64,000 nucleotides of DNA, taken from the IMG/VR virus record IMGVR_UViG_2671180073_000002, positions 1,356 through 65,355 of that record, one strand, 5' to 3'. The stretch is from a virus. Lineage: Duplodnaviria; Caudoviricetes. Numbering within the stretch: position 1 is the first letter of the stretch; each line of letters starts with the position of its first letter. The notes beneath the pieces were generated by a model that was not told the DNA's origin, did no database searches, and saw nothing but the letters and a program-made list of their open reading frames with translations. Shown in pieces: positions 26,599 to 36,664 of this stretch. The translations under genes were made by a program, and so were the position numbers.

Positions 26599-26987
26599 GC
26601 GTACCGAAGGACTGCGGTTTCGTCGTTCACGACGCTGGGCACTTTTACACGCTCGGCGCTCTTGATGGGTATCAAACTCAGTATCTGCGGTTCGTGAAAC
26701 GGTTTGATAGGGATGATCCCTCGAAGTATCCAGGTAATAAGGGCGCGTACTCTGGTACGACGTTGCAAATAGTTCTCCGTGTCCTTCTCAACCGCGTCAA
26801 ATATCTCCAAGGGCAAAAGTGGTGTGTCGAGAACGTCATGATCCGACTCTGCTTGATGCTGGCGATATGGTTGCTGGAGTTTCGTGCCGCACGTCGTCAT
26901 GGTCGCGGTTATTGGCATGGGTTGGATTTCGCCTCGCATCAGCATCTGTGTGAGCAATGCGGGCATACAGTCTGTGAGCACTCATGA
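26595..26987 (+). CDS. Tad1-like putative nucleotide-signal sponge
   Basis: GHxY..LRF..GTT..LxxLxxRxxxxQ..CxEN..A..R..RR pattern resembles Tad1. Confidence 0.5.
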   Translation: MSVPKDCGFVVHDAGHFYTLGALDGYQTQYLRFVKRFDRDDPSKYPGNKGAYSGTTLQIVLRVLLNRVKYLQGQKWCVENVMIRLCLMLAIWLLEFRAARRHGRGYWHGLDFASHQHLCEQCGHTVCEHS

Positions 26988-27505
26988 GCGAAGTAAAGAA
27001 ACCGGCAGTTAAATCCGTTCGCAAGCCCGCGCCGAAGAAGCCCGCCAAAAGGAAAGTAGGCGCACCAACGATCAAGACGCCGGCTTTACTGGAAAAGATT
27101 TGTACCGGCATCGCAATGGGCGTATCAGCCCGCGCAATGTGCCTTGAACTGAAAATAAGCCAACGAGTTCTCTGGAATTGGCTAGCGAGCGATGAAGAGT
27201 TCATGCAGCAATACGCGCGCGCGAAAGAGCGCTGTGCTGATGTCTACGCCGAGGAAATCATTGAGATTGCCGACGACAACCGTTTTGACATCCGCGTTAA
27301 AGATGATGGCTCCGAAGTAACGGATAACGAGGTTGTGCAGCGTTCCCGGCTGCGAGTTGATGCGCGTAAATGGTACGCCTCAAAGTTGGCGCCGAAGAAG
27401 TACGGGGATCGCGTTGTGAACGAACATGAAGGTGGCGATCCCGACAAGCCGCTTCTCTCGAAAATCGAGATTTCATTCGTTCCAACTCAAAAGCCTCAAT
27501 CGTAG
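26984..27505 (+). CDS. terS: Terminase small subunit
   Basis: YARAKE...EEIIEIAD...RSRLRVDARKWYASKLAPKKYG. Confidence 0.92.
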   Translation: MSEVKKPAVKSVRKPAPKKPAKRKVGAPTIKTPALLEKICTGIAMGVSARAMCLELKISQRVLWNWLASDEEFMQQYARAKERCADVYAEEIIEIADDNRFDIRVKDDGSEVTDNEVVQRSRLRVDARKWYASKLAPKKYGDRVVNEHEGGDPDKPLLSKIEISFVPTQKPQS

Positions 27506-27555
27506 AGGCGATATGAGCGATTTAAATTGGGGTGGCAATACCTAAGCATGCAATC

Positions 27556-27602
27556 TTTTCCACAAAATCTGTGGATAACTACGGTATGCACCCGGTGGAT
27601 AA
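27556..27602. promoter_or_regulatory. Cluster of three DnaA-box-like 9-mers
   Basis: TTTTCCACA, TGTGGATAA, GGTGGATAA. Confidence 0.45.
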
Positions 27603-27662
27603 CGTTAACCAGACGCCCTGTTCATGCGGGTTTTTATATTTAGATTAAAAATTAATCAAGAA

Positions 27663-27977
27663 ATGACACCAGAACAATTTTGCTATTGGCTACAAGGCCG
27701 AGCCGAGATGCAGCCGGATAATCCGCCAAGCGCGGAAGAGTGGAAGATTATTGCGGATCATCTGCAGTTGGTATTTCGGAAAGTGGATCAGGTCAAGAAA
27801 ACGGATCAAGTTTCGTCATTAGTGCGTCCATCAGTTTTAGAGCAACTTGTTAAAGCCAATGAGCGTATTTGCCGGGAACGCTTGCAACAACACCCATTAA
27901 GCGGAGTGGCGGGGCAACCGCAGTGCGGGACAAGTCAAGATACACAGTTCGGGCGCAATCAATCTAGCGTTTGCTGA
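27663..27977 (+). CDS. Hypothetical phage protein
   Basis: MTPEQFCYWLQG...WxIIxDHLxLVF motif. Confidence 0.7.
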   Translation: MTPEQFCYWLQGRAEMQPDNPPSAEEWKIIADHLQLVFRKVDQVKKTDQVSSLVRPSVLEQLVKANERICRERLQQHPLSGVAGQPQCGTSQDTQFGRNQSSVC

Positions 27978-28186
27978 TGACCGTCAAATACATCATCGCA
28001 TGGCCTATTGGCTGGACTCTTTACTGGCTCGGCCATGCCGCATCGAAAGTCCTTGAGGCTTCCTGGGGTGATAAATACGAGTGGTGGGCAGACATTTTTT
28101 ATCCGCTATATAACCGCCTCATGATCTGGTCTTACTTGTTGAGCGATTGGGCTCAACTCGGGATATGGGGCGATGACCGCACATAG
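27977..28186 (+). CDS. Small membrane protein
   Basis: Trp-rich hydrophobic ORF, coupled. Confidence 0.55.
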   Translation: MTVKYIIAWPIGWTLYWLGHAASKVLEASWGDKYEWWADIFYPLYNRLMIWSYLLSDWAQLGIWGDDRT

Positions 28187-29426
28187 AGCCGAATTTCCCG
28201 AGAAACTCGAGTTCCTGTTTCACCCGGCGAGATATAAGTGCCTCTACGGTGGTCGTGGCGGCGCGAAGTCCTGGGGCGTAGCCAGAGCATTACTGATTCA
28301 AGCCGCGGCTTCACCCTTGCGCATCTTGTGCGCCAGAGAGTTCCAGAACTCCATAGTTGAGTCTGTGCATCACCTGCTGCAGTCTCAGATTTCATCGCTC
28401 AAGTTGGATTCGTTCTACGAGATACAGAACGCCACGATCAAGGGCGCGAATGGATCTGAGTTCGTATTTGCTGGCCTACGCAACAACGTTACCAAGATCA
28501 AATCATTTGAGGGTATTGATCGGGTTTGGGTCGAAGAGGCGCAAACGGTCAGCAAGTCGAGTTGGGATACCTTGATCCCGACTATCCGCAAAGACGGCTC
28601 GGAAATATGGCTCACGTACAACCCAGAGTTGGAGACAGACGAGACGCATCAGCGGTTTGTGGTCAAGCCACAACCAGATTCAGTCGTGGTTAAGATTAAT
28701 TGGGACGATAACCCCTGGTTCCCCGAGACGCTGCGAAAAGAGAAGGATTCGCTGAAAGAACGTGATCCCGACGCTTATCAGAACGTCTGGCAAGGAAATT
28801 GCCGGGTAACGCTCGATGGAGCGATTTACGCGAAGGAACTACGCCAGGCGCAGGAAGAGGGAAGGATCAGGAATGTACCTTATGACTCTACGAAGCAAGT
28901 TCACACGTTTTTTGACTTGGGTTGGGCGGATAACACGAGTATATGGTTCGCGCAAACGATCGGTGGCGAATTCAGGCTTATCGACTTCTACACGAACAGC
29001 CAACAATCAATCCAGCACTACGTTGCCGTGTTACAAAATCGGGGTTACATCTACGGGACAGATTACTTGCCACATGACGCACGAGCCCGATCTCTCGCTA
29101 CCGGAAGAAGCGTGGAAGAGATTATGACTTCTGTTGGCCGCAAGGTTCAGATAGTACCGAATCTCTCTGTGTTTGACGGCATCAACGCTGCCAGGACCGT
29201 TTTCAACAGGTGCTACTTTGACGAGCAGAAATGCTCAGAAGGATTACAGAGCTTGAGGCGATATAGATACGACGTTGATCCGGATTCGAAGCAATTCAGT
29301 GGTCGGCCGTTGCATGATTTCCATAGCCACGCAGCTGATGCTTTTCGCTATTTCGCTGTGGCGATTGAAGAAGATAAGCCTGCATCGAGCGCAAGGGGCA
29401 TTCGGATGGGGGGATGGAGAGCGTGA
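28173..29426 (+). CDS. terL: Terminase large subunit (PBSX family)
   Basis: YGGRGGAKS Walker A, WVEEA Walker B, DLG, HAADAFRY. Confidence 0.95.
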   Translation: MTAHRAEFPEKLEFLFHPARYKCLYGGRGGAKSWGVARALLIQAAASPLRILCAREFQNSIVESVHHLLQSQISSLKLDSFYEIQNATIKGANGSEFVFAGLRNNVTKIKSFEGIDRVWVEEAQTVSKSSWDTLIPTIRKDGSEIWLTYNPELETDETHQRFVVKPQPDSVVVKINWDDNPWFPETLRKEKDSLKERDPDAYQNVWQGNCRVTLDGAIYAKELRQAQEEGRIRNVPYDSTKQVHTFFDLGWADNTSIWFAQTIGGEFRLIDFYTNSQQSIQHYVAVLQNRGYIYGTDYLPHDARARSLATGRSVEEIMTSVGRKVQIVPNLSVFDGINAARTVFNRCYFDEQKCSEGLQSLRRYRYDVDPDSKQFSGRPLHDFHSHAADAFRYFAVAIEEDKPASSARGIRMGGWRA

Positions 29427-29596
29427 TTTATATCGCACTAGCCATTGTTTGCTTGCCTATATGGGCTGTCGTAATCGCTGAGCGGATCGCTATCTATTAC
29501 GTATGGCGCGAGTTCGATTGCCACTACCGTACTGACCATCGGTTTCGTGGGCTGCACGGATGGGTGGTTGCGATGTTGAGGGGGCGCAATCTATGA
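29414..29596 (+). CDS. Small membrane protein
   Basis: Fills the terL-portal gap, coupled. Confidence 0.45.
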   Translation: MESVIYIALAIVCLPIWAVVIAERIAIYYVWREFDCHYRTDHRFRGLHGWVVAMLRGRNL

Positions 29597-31641
29597 CAGC
29601 TGAAGCTCCAATCAAATCGGATATATCGATCGAGGCGTACGACAAGATATGCCGCGATATAAGAAACGCTCCCAAGTGGCGGGTCGACTCGGATACCGAT
29701 TGCGATTACTACGATGGAATGCAGACCAGCAAGGATGTTATTGAGCGACTGAAGCAAGCCGGCATACCTCCGCAAGACAGCAACCTGATCAAGCCGACGA
29801 TCAATGCCGTATTAGGCCTTGAGGCTCGTTCACGCACCGATTACAAGGTTACCTCAGACGACGAGCAGCAAGCCGAGATAGCCGAAGGCTTGTCCGCCAA
29901 GATCAAAGAGGTAGAAACCGAGTCACGCGCCGATCGGGCAATGTCCGACGCCTACTCGAGCATGATCCGCGCCGGTATTGGCTGGGTTGAGGTGTCCCGC
30001 GAGTTCGATCCGCTCAAGTATCCCTATCGGGTGCGTGAAGTCCATAGAAACGAAATCCACTGGGACTGGACAGCCAAGGAACCTGACCTATCCGACGCCC
30101 GTTACCTCCGCCGTGATAAGTGGGTTGACCGCGAGCAGGCCTTGAAGATGTTTCCGGATGAGGTTGCGATCATTCAGAACTCATGGAATCGCTGGACCTC
30201 GCTTGATGTGTACGATGGTGCCGATACCAACATGGCCAGGGCGTACGAGGTCGAGCAGACTTGGGGCAAGAATCAAGAGGATTATCTGAATCACTCTTCC
30301 GGCATGATTCGCCTATCAGAGTTGTGGTATCGGCATTACGAAGATTCGCACGTCCTGGCGCTGCCTACCGGCCAATCCATTGAGTACATCGAGGATAGGC
30401 TAGACCATCAAGCCGCCGTCGCTCAAGGGCTGGTGCAGGTCCAAAAAGCGTTATTGCCTCGAGTGCGCGTATCAATCTGGCTTGGGCCGCACAAACTTAT
30501 GGACGTGCCAACACCGCTTCCGCACACCAATTTCCCTTACGTTCCATTCTGGTGTTTCCGCAAGGATAGAAGCCGGACGCCCTACGGCCTAATACGCGAC
30601 ATGCGGGGGCCGCAGGATCAGATTATCGACTTGGATATTCTGCTCTACGAGGTCCTGAATTCGGTAAAAGTCGAGGTGGACAATGACGCGCTGGATCTGA
30701 GCCAGAATTCATATCAGGAAGTCGCGCAGAACATGCAGTCACTGCGTTCAATGACCGTATTGAACGCACAGAGACGGAGCGCGAACGGCTTTAAAGTTAC
30801 CCGGGAACATGCTCTTGCTCAGCAAGTGTTCCAGCTCATGCAACAGCGTGAAAGCCGCATTGAGTCGGTTGGCGGCATATACCGAGCAATGTTGGGTGCA
30901 TCGACTCAAGCCACCAGTGGCGTCGCCATTAATAACCTGGTTGAACAAGGATCAACTGTTTTAGCTGAGCCCAATGATAACTTCCGTTACGCCCGCCGTA
31001 TCGTTGGCGAGCAGCTTATCGCTTTTGTGAAGCAGGATATGCTGGGCAGGCCAACTCAGGTTGCGGTTCAGCAAGGTAATAAACAAAAAGTCGTTTACTT
31101 TAACAGGCAGATCATGACCGATTCCGGGCCTGCGGTAGAAAACGACATAGCGGCCGCGCAGGTGAAGGTGGTGCTGGAAGATATACCGGCTACCCCGACT
31201 TACCGCGCACAGCAGTTGCAATCCTTTAGTCAGATGGTTACTGCCGCGCCACCTCAGTTCCAGGCTGTGCTATATCCGGCCATGCTCGAGCTATCTGATG
31301 TGCCGAACCGGCATGAGTTGGCCGATCAGTTGCGGATGATGGCGGGCACTGGTGGGGCTGATGAGCAAGTGCAGAAACTCCAGCAGCAGGCACAACAGGC
31401 CATGCAAGAGCAGCAAGCCCAGTTCCAGGCACAGATGGAGCAGATGGGGCAGGTAGTACAGGGATTGCAAGCTCAACTTGCGGAATCCAAGCAAGCTATT
31501 GATGACAAGTCTCGCGAGCTTGACCTTAAAGAGCGCGATTTGGACATTAAGGCGGAGAAGGTCGAGATAGATGCTCAACTTGCGGCAGAGAAGTTATCGC
31601 TTGAACACGTCAATAAAGCGTTATCTGAAAGGACAATCTAA
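29593..31641 (+). CDS. Portal protein (P22-like, long helical C-terminal barrel)
   Basis: DYYDGMQ, NLIKPTIN, GIGWVEV, FPYVPFW, SGVAI; Gln-rich tail. Confidence 0.9.
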   Translation: MTAEAPIKSDISIEAYDKICRDIRNAPKWRVDSDTDCDYYDGMQTSKDVIERLKQAGIPPQDSNLIKPTINAVLGLEARSRTDYKVTSDDEQQAEIAEGLSAKIKEVETESRADRAMSDAYSSMIRAGIGWVEVSREFDPLKYPYRVREVHRNEIHWDWTAKEPDLSDARYLRRDKWVDREQALKMFPDEVAIIQNSWNRWTSLDVYDGADTNMARAYEVEQTWGKNQEDYLNHSSGMIRLSELWYRHYEDSHVLALPTGQSIEYIEDRLDHQAAVAQGLVQVQKALLPRVRVSIWLGPHKLMDVPTPLPHTNFPYVPFWCFRKDRSRTPYGLIRDMRGPQDQIIDLDILLYEVLNSVKVEVDNDALDLSQNSYQEVAQNMQSLRSMTVLNAQRRSANGFKVTREHALAQQVFQLMQQRESRIESVGGIYRAMLGASTQATSGVAINNLVEQGSTVLAEPNDNFRYARRIVGEQLIAFVKQDMLGRPTQVAVQQGNKQKVVYFNRQIMTDSGPAVENDIAAAQVKVVLEDIPATPTYRAQQLQSFSQMVTAAPPQFQAVLYPAMLELSDVPNRHELADQLRMMAGTGGADEQVQKLQQQAQQAMQEQQAQFQAQMEQMGQVVQGLQAQLAESKQAIDDKSRELDLKERDLDIKAEKVEIDAQLAAEKLSLEHVNKALSERTI

Positions 31642-32216
31642 TGATTCGATTTCTAAACGATGAAACTGTGGCAGGCCATAGGCACGGCAAAGGTACGATC
31701 GCACTATTCGATTCCGCAACTGAAGCCGCGCTTATAACGGCGGGTGACGCTGAAGATTATCCGGCAGTCGTTCAGCCGGTTGAAGTGCTGTCGAGTTCCG
31801 CTGTTGCTGTATCGTGCGCATCGACTGCTGCAGATGAAGTTTTGGCCTCGTTTACGATTCGGGCGGGCATATTCGGTGTCAACAGCATCCTTCAGATCGA
31901 ACCACTTTGGACACACACGAATAGCGCGAATAACAAGCTCCTGAAGGTCAAGGTAGGCGGCTCTACAATCTACACAGCCACACGCACCACGACAGCGAAG
32001 GAAGCGCCTTTGATCGTTCTGGCGAACCGGAATAGCCTTTCTGCACAGATTCAGCCATACGATAACACTTATGTAACGGCTGGCTCGGGCGCCCCTGCTA
32101 CGTACGCAATAGACTTTTCCGCGGCGGTTGATGTTGAGATAACTGGCCAACGGGCAAACGGGGTTGATACGCTGGCATTGCAGTATTTCCGCGCATTGCA
32201 CTTCGTGGGCGCCTAA
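31641..32216 (+). CDS. Putative virion structural protein
   Basis: Beta-rich; coupled to portal. Confidence 0.55.
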   Translation: MIRFLNDETVAGHRHGKGTIALFDSATEAALITAGDAEDYPAVVQPVEVLSSSAVAVSCASTAADEVLASFTIRAGIFGVNSILQIEPLWTHTNSANNKLLKVKVGGSTIYTATRTTTAKEAPLIVLANRNSLSAQIQPYDNTYVTAGSGAPATYAIDFSAAVDVEITGQRANGVDTLALQYFRALHFVGA

Positions 32217-33824
32217 ATGACCGCCTGGTACGTCCGGCCCGACACGAGCCACTCAGCCACGCGCGACGGCACAACGTATGCAACAGCATGGGGTGGATGG
32301 TCGGAGATAGTATGGGGAGCGTCGGGCGTATATGGAGTGAATGACGACACCTTGTATGTATGCGGCGCCCACGCTTACGCAGCCATTATTGCCGTCGGGG
32401 CGCACCTCGGGACAGCGGCGCATAGAGCGACCATTCGCGGAGACTATGCCGCTGATCTCGGCAGCATTACATTCTCCGCAGGCACTTACAACCTGACTTG
32501 TGCGCGGAACTATACAACGATCAGCAATCTGCGAATCAATGCCGGCGACTACGGTTGCATCGTCTTGGGTAATGTCGCGCTGACAGGCGTGTGGATACTC
32601 AACAACTATTTGAACGCGAGCGGCGCATCCACAGGCGGCCTGCTGCGTATGCAGAGCTTCGATACATGGAACTATGTCAATACGGTTATAGATAACAATG
32701 ATTTCGTGGGGGGGTCTGGCTCGGTTGGTGGCGGTGGAATAACTTGGTGGGCCACATCAACTACCGCCGTAACCTTCGTCAATAATATCAAGATAAGCAA
32801 TAACAGATTTACGCGGGTGTCTGCGGCGCGCGCGGTCATTGTCCTTATCGCCTCCACTGGCTTGCCTTCTGACACTCCCTCCGGCTGCAAATTGCTCGAC
32901 GTGCAAGTCTACGGCAATACCTTTGCTAATTGCTTTGCGGCAACGATGGAGATATACGCCAATATCTCAGGTCGTAATACAGGAGTCAGGATTTGCGACA
33001 ACGTGATTCGGGATCAGTCAGAAATCGGTGGATTGGGCGGAGGGATAGTTCTTGGCGGCTTCGCTCAATCGCTCACCAGCGGCTTCGGCTCCAACATCGT
33101 GACGCGCAATCAGGCTTACGAACTGTATGGAATAAGCGGTTTCGTAAACCTGTTCTACGGCACTTACAGGGTATTTAACAACTTTGCTGATGGTATTGGC
33201 ACGTCCACTATCGACGGCAATGGCGTCTTGTTTGACCACGGCTGCGATAACTGCGAGGCATTCTGCAACGAATTCCACAATATTCGCGGCACTGGCGCGG
33301 AGGGTTATTACAGCGGCGGCTTTGGCATATTGGTGCTTGATGCTACCAACTGCAAAGCCTACGGCAACGTGGTAGATGGATGCGTTACCGGGGTCGCATT
33401 CGGCAACAAGGACGGCGGGCAGTCGGCAAATGTATTTAACAATAGCTTCCTCAATTGTTCGCAAGCAGGCGCATACCTCGTTGGCGGCGCTGAGATCACA
33501 AACAACCTTGTGCGCAATAATATTTTTACAGCCACACGCAGTGCAGCTTCGGCAGTGAAAAATAGTGCAGCCGCATGGACGGGCGAGTCCGGCAATTGCT
33601 ACCACGGCTTCGGATCTACCCAAGGGCATACGTTGCATGCCTCAACCACTGACGTTGACCCTGAACTGGATGCTGATTACCGGCCGCGCTGCGCTACTTT
33701 AAAACGCGCAGGAACATATTTTGGCGGCAAGGATTTTAGCGGTAAGCCTTTTTATAACCCGCCGAATATCGGAGCGGTGGATGATGTAACGACGACGCCG
33801 AGATACGCATTAATACATAAATAA
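32217..33824 (+). CDS. Right-handed parallel beta-helix (pectin-lyase-like) protein, possible depolymerase
   Basis: WYVRP start; repeated IxNNxF/VxGN rungs; PNIGA end. Confidence 0.75.
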   Translation: MTAWYVRPDTSHSATRDGTTYATAWGGWSEIVWGASGVYGVNDDTLYVCGAHAYAAIIAVGAHLGTAAHRATIRGDYAADLGSITFSAGTYNLTCARNYTTISNLRINAGDYGCIVLGNVALTGVWILNNYLNASGASTGGLLRMQSFDTWNYVNTVIDNNDFVGGSGSVGGGGITWWATSTTAVTFVNNIKISNNRFTRVSAARAVIVLIASTGLPSDTPSGCKLLDVQVYGNTFANCFAATMEIYANISGRNTGVRICDNVIRDQSEIGGLGGGIVLGGFAQSLTSGFGSNIVTRNQAYELYGISGFVNLFYGTYRVFNNFADGIGTSTIDGNGVLFDHGCDNCEAFCNEFHNIRGTGAEGYYSGGFGILVLDATNCKAYGNVVDGCVTGVAFGNKDGGQSANVFNNSFLNCSQAGAYLVGGAEITNNLVRNNIFTATRSAASAVKNSAAAWTGESGNCYHGFGSTQGHTLHASTTDVDPELDADYRPRCATLKRAGTYFGGKDFSGKPFYNPPNIGAVDDVTTTPRYALIHK

Positions 33825-33845
33825 TCTTTCCAAACAAAACACTAG

Positions 33846-33866
33846 GCCGCCTTGAGCGGCTTTTTT
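33846..33866 (+). terminator. Intrinsic terminator
   Basis: GCCGC-loop-GCGGC-T6; near-identical hairpins at 40079, 44994, 48556, 50909. Confidence 0.8.
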
Positions 33867-33935
33867 ATTGCCCACGATTTGCAGAAAACGCTAAGGCTCC
33901 GGGCGTGACGGAGCCACATTAAGGAGAAAGCAAAG

Positions 33936-34262
33936 ATGAACGACGCACAGTTAGAGCAGTTAATCGCGGCAACGCCTAACGAGAAAGTGACGAAAGAGAG
34001 TATTGAGGCGCGAATTGAGAAAGTGGATTACATGATTCTGCCTAATTCGACAGTGACAGTCTGCAACATTACTTTGGAGAACGGTTTTTCGGTGCGCGGC
34101 GAGTCTGCCTGTGTGGATGCTCGCAATTTCGACATGGAGATCGGCAGGCAGATTGCCTACCGCGATTCGTTCAACAGACTCTGGCAGTTGGAAGGCTATC
34201 TGCTGGCTGAGCGCCGGCATCAACTGCTGAAACGTACTTTTGAAGAAAAGTCACTGGCGTAA
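33936..34262 (+). CDS. N4 Gp49/Sf6 gp66 family protein (Acb4-like candidate)
   Basis: TVCNITLENGFSVRGESACVD..NFD.EIGRQIA..LWQLEGYLL. Confidence 0.85.
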   Translation: MNDAQLEQLIAATPNEKVTKESIEARIEKVDYMILPNSTVTVCNITLENGFSVRGESACVDARNFDMEIGRQIAYRDSFNRLWQLEGYLLAERRHQLLKRTFEEKSLA

Positions 34263-34426
34263 CAGGAGCGGGGGCGAAAGCCCCTTTCTGCGTTCATGGA
34301 GACGAACTCCCTTTACCGGCAAGGTAAATGAAGTTTGTTTTCTCAAACCGCGCTAACGGCGATACCGCAGTTTTTATCAACCCCGAAAGGGCGCGCTCAC
34401 TGCGTTAAGAAGTGGAGATGAAGGCA

Positions 34427-35380
34427 ATGGAAGTAGATCAGCTTACGGATGAGCAAATTGCAAACCTTACGCCGGAACAAATCGAAGAGTTGGAGAACGA
34501 CCCCAGCAAAGTCGACGAAATTCTCGGCAAGCAAGCGGCAAAGGATGAGTCCAAACCGGAAGTGAAAAGCGTGGCTAACGACGCGGACAAAGAAGAGCCG
34601 GTCGTTCTGAATAAGAGCGGCAAGGGGATTATTCCTTACGAGAAGCACAAGGAATTGCGAGTGGAGAATTCAGCGTTGCGTGAACAACTGCAGTCTGCCC
34701 AAGCGGAAAACGCGAAGGCAACCGAGAAGTTGGAATCGCTGCTGAAGGCTAGGGAAGCGGCCACGACCGGCAAGGATGAGGCGAATGCAGATGATGCCAT
34801 AGCCAAGCATCTGGCCACGCTCAAGAACGATATGCCCGAACTCCACGAAGTAATTACCTCTGTCCTCAAAGGAAGTCGTGAGCAAGGCGAAAAGCTGAAC
34901 GAAACGCTGCAAGAGCTGAAGCGCGAGAAGGAGGAATCCGACCGCGTTAAGCAATTGAGCGTTGCCGAGCAAGTCGCTGAAGCCAAGGACAATAACCCTG
35001 ACTTGACACATTGGGAGAGCAACGATCCGGAAGCTTGGGACGAAGCCATGAAGCAGGACGAGATTCTTCGGAATACCAGCAAATGGGCCGGAAAGCCCTA
35101 CGCTGAGCGGTTCGAGGAAGTAGCCCGCCGAGTGCGCGCCATTATGCCTGACGCCTCTGCACCAAAGAAAGCAGATGAGCCGGAGCAGACCAAGGCTAAG
35201 GCGAAAGCCAAGCTAGACGCTGCGCCGGCACGGAAACCTACAACCCTTTCGGATATTCAAGGTGGCGCGCCTGTTTCTGAAGGTGACGAGATCGCGAATC
35301 TGAAGCCGCATGAACTTACGGCCAGGCTCATGAAAATGTCGCCACAGAAAGCTGCCGCCATGAGAGCCGAATTAGACTAA
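34427..35380 (+). CDS. Capsid scaffolding protein
   Basis: Acidic helical protein directly before MCP; IIPYE motif; alternative starts at 34412/34418. Confidence 0.8.
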   Translation: MEVDQLTDEQIANLTPEQIEELENDPSKVDEILGKQAAKDESKPEVKSVANDADKEEPVVLNKSGKGIIPYEKHKELRVENSALREQLQSAQAENAKATEKLESLLKAREAATTGKDEANADDAIAKHLATLKNDMPELHEVITSVLKGSREQGEKLNETLQELKREKEESDRVKQLSVAEQVAEAKDNNPDLTHWESNDPEAWDEAMKQDEILRNTSKWAGKPYAERFEEVARRVRAIMPDASAPKKADEPEQTKAKAKAKLDAAPARKPTTLSDIQGGAPVSEGDEIANLKPHELTARLMKMSPQKAAAMRAELD

Positions 35381-35392
35381 GGAAATACTGAA

Positions 35393-36664
35393 ATGGCTGA
35401 AACAAATGTAGCAAGTGGCAGTTCGATTGCCATTAAACACTATAGCGCGGCACTTTTCGCCAATACGCTGAAAGGCGCGTCTGCAATTGAAAACCTCGTC
35501 GGTCCTGTCGAGCCCAATTCCGCGATGGAAAAGGTGGCAGGCCAGACTGAACCGGGGATGCCGATCGTTCGCATCGATAACCTGATGAAGTCGGCGGGCG
35601 ACATCGTTTCGCTGGATCTGGTTGATACGATCAGCGGCGAACCTCTCATGGGCGATGTCAACCGTGAAGGCAAGGGTGACGCGCTTTCCTTCTCTTCGAT
35701 GGAAATCAAGATCAACCTTTCCAGTAAAGTGATCGATGCGGGCGGCAGTATGAGCCAACAACGCACGAAGCACCAGTTGCGTGAAATTGCTCTTGCCCAG
35801 TTGTCCGGCTACTTCCCGCGGCTGGATAACCAGGAAACTCTGGTGCACCTTGCTGGCGCGCGCGGTTCGCAGACCGGCTCCGATTGGACGATTCCCGTTC
35901 AATCGAGCGCCAAGTTTACGGACATCATGGTCAATGCGGTAAAGGCCCCGACCTATAACCGCCATTTCGTGGTGAACGGCGCGGGCTTGACCGCTGGCGG
36001 GCAGCAACTCAATTCCATCGCCTCTACCGATCAACTGAAACTGGTTCATCTTGACCTGCTCCGCAAGCGCCTGGATGACATGGACCAGCCTTTACAATCG
36101 GTGAAGCTCGCCGGTGATCGCGCTGCTCAGACCTCCAAAATGTGGGTATTCCTTGCCACGCCCAATCAGTACTCGGTATTGCTGAGCGAAGGCTCGCTGC
36201 GCGCATTTCAGCAAAACGCCGTGAACCGTGCTGCGTATCTCGATAGCCGTCATCCGCTGTTCGCCGGTGAAGTCGGCATGTGGAATGGCATTCTGGTGAT
36301 CAAGAATGAGCGGGCAATCCGCTTCATGCCCGGCGAGAACACCAGTATCGTTACTGCCGCGAATGCGCCGACCGCTACCGAAACCAGCCAGGCTGTAAGT
36401 GGTTCGCTGACCGCCGGTTACGCTGTCGAACGCGGCCTGTTGCTCGGTGCGCAAGCCCTGGGTGTCGCCTACGGCAAGACTAAGGTTTCCGGTATGCAGT
36501 TCGGCTGGAAAGAGCACTGGTACAACTTCGAGAGCAATCTGGAGGTCATGGGTGAGAAAGTGTGCGGCAAGAGCAAGGTGCGCTTCTCGGTCGATGACGG
36601 TACCGGTTCCAAGGTTCCTACCGACTTCGGCGTGATCGCGGTTGACTCTGCGGTTCCTCTCTAA
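35393..36664 (+). CDS. Major capsid protein (N4-gp56/DUF4043 type)
   Basis: LMKSAGDIVS, GGSMSQQRT, PLFAGEVGMWNGI, LLGAQAL, DFGVIAVD. Confidence 0.9.
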   Translation: MAETNVASGSSIAIKHYSAALFANTLKGASAIENLVGPVEPNSAMEKVAGQTEPGMPIVRIDNLMKSAGDIVSLDLVDTISGEPLMGDVNREGKGDALSFSSMEIKINLSSKVIDAGGSMSQQRTKHQLREIALAQLSGYFPRLDNQETLVHLAGARGSQTGSDWTIPVQSSAKFTDIMVNAVKAPTYNRHFVVNGAGLTAGGQQLNSIASTDQLKLVHLDLLRKRLDDMDQPLQSVKLAGDRAAQTSKMWVFLATPNQYSVLLSEGSLRAFQQNAVNRAAYLDSRHPLFAGEVGMWNGILVIKNERAIRFMPGENTSIVTAANAPTATETSQAVSGSLTAGYAVERGLLLGAQALGVAYGKTKVSGMQFGWKEHWYNFESNLEVMGEKVCGKSKVRFSVDDGTGSKVPTDFGVIAVDSAVPL

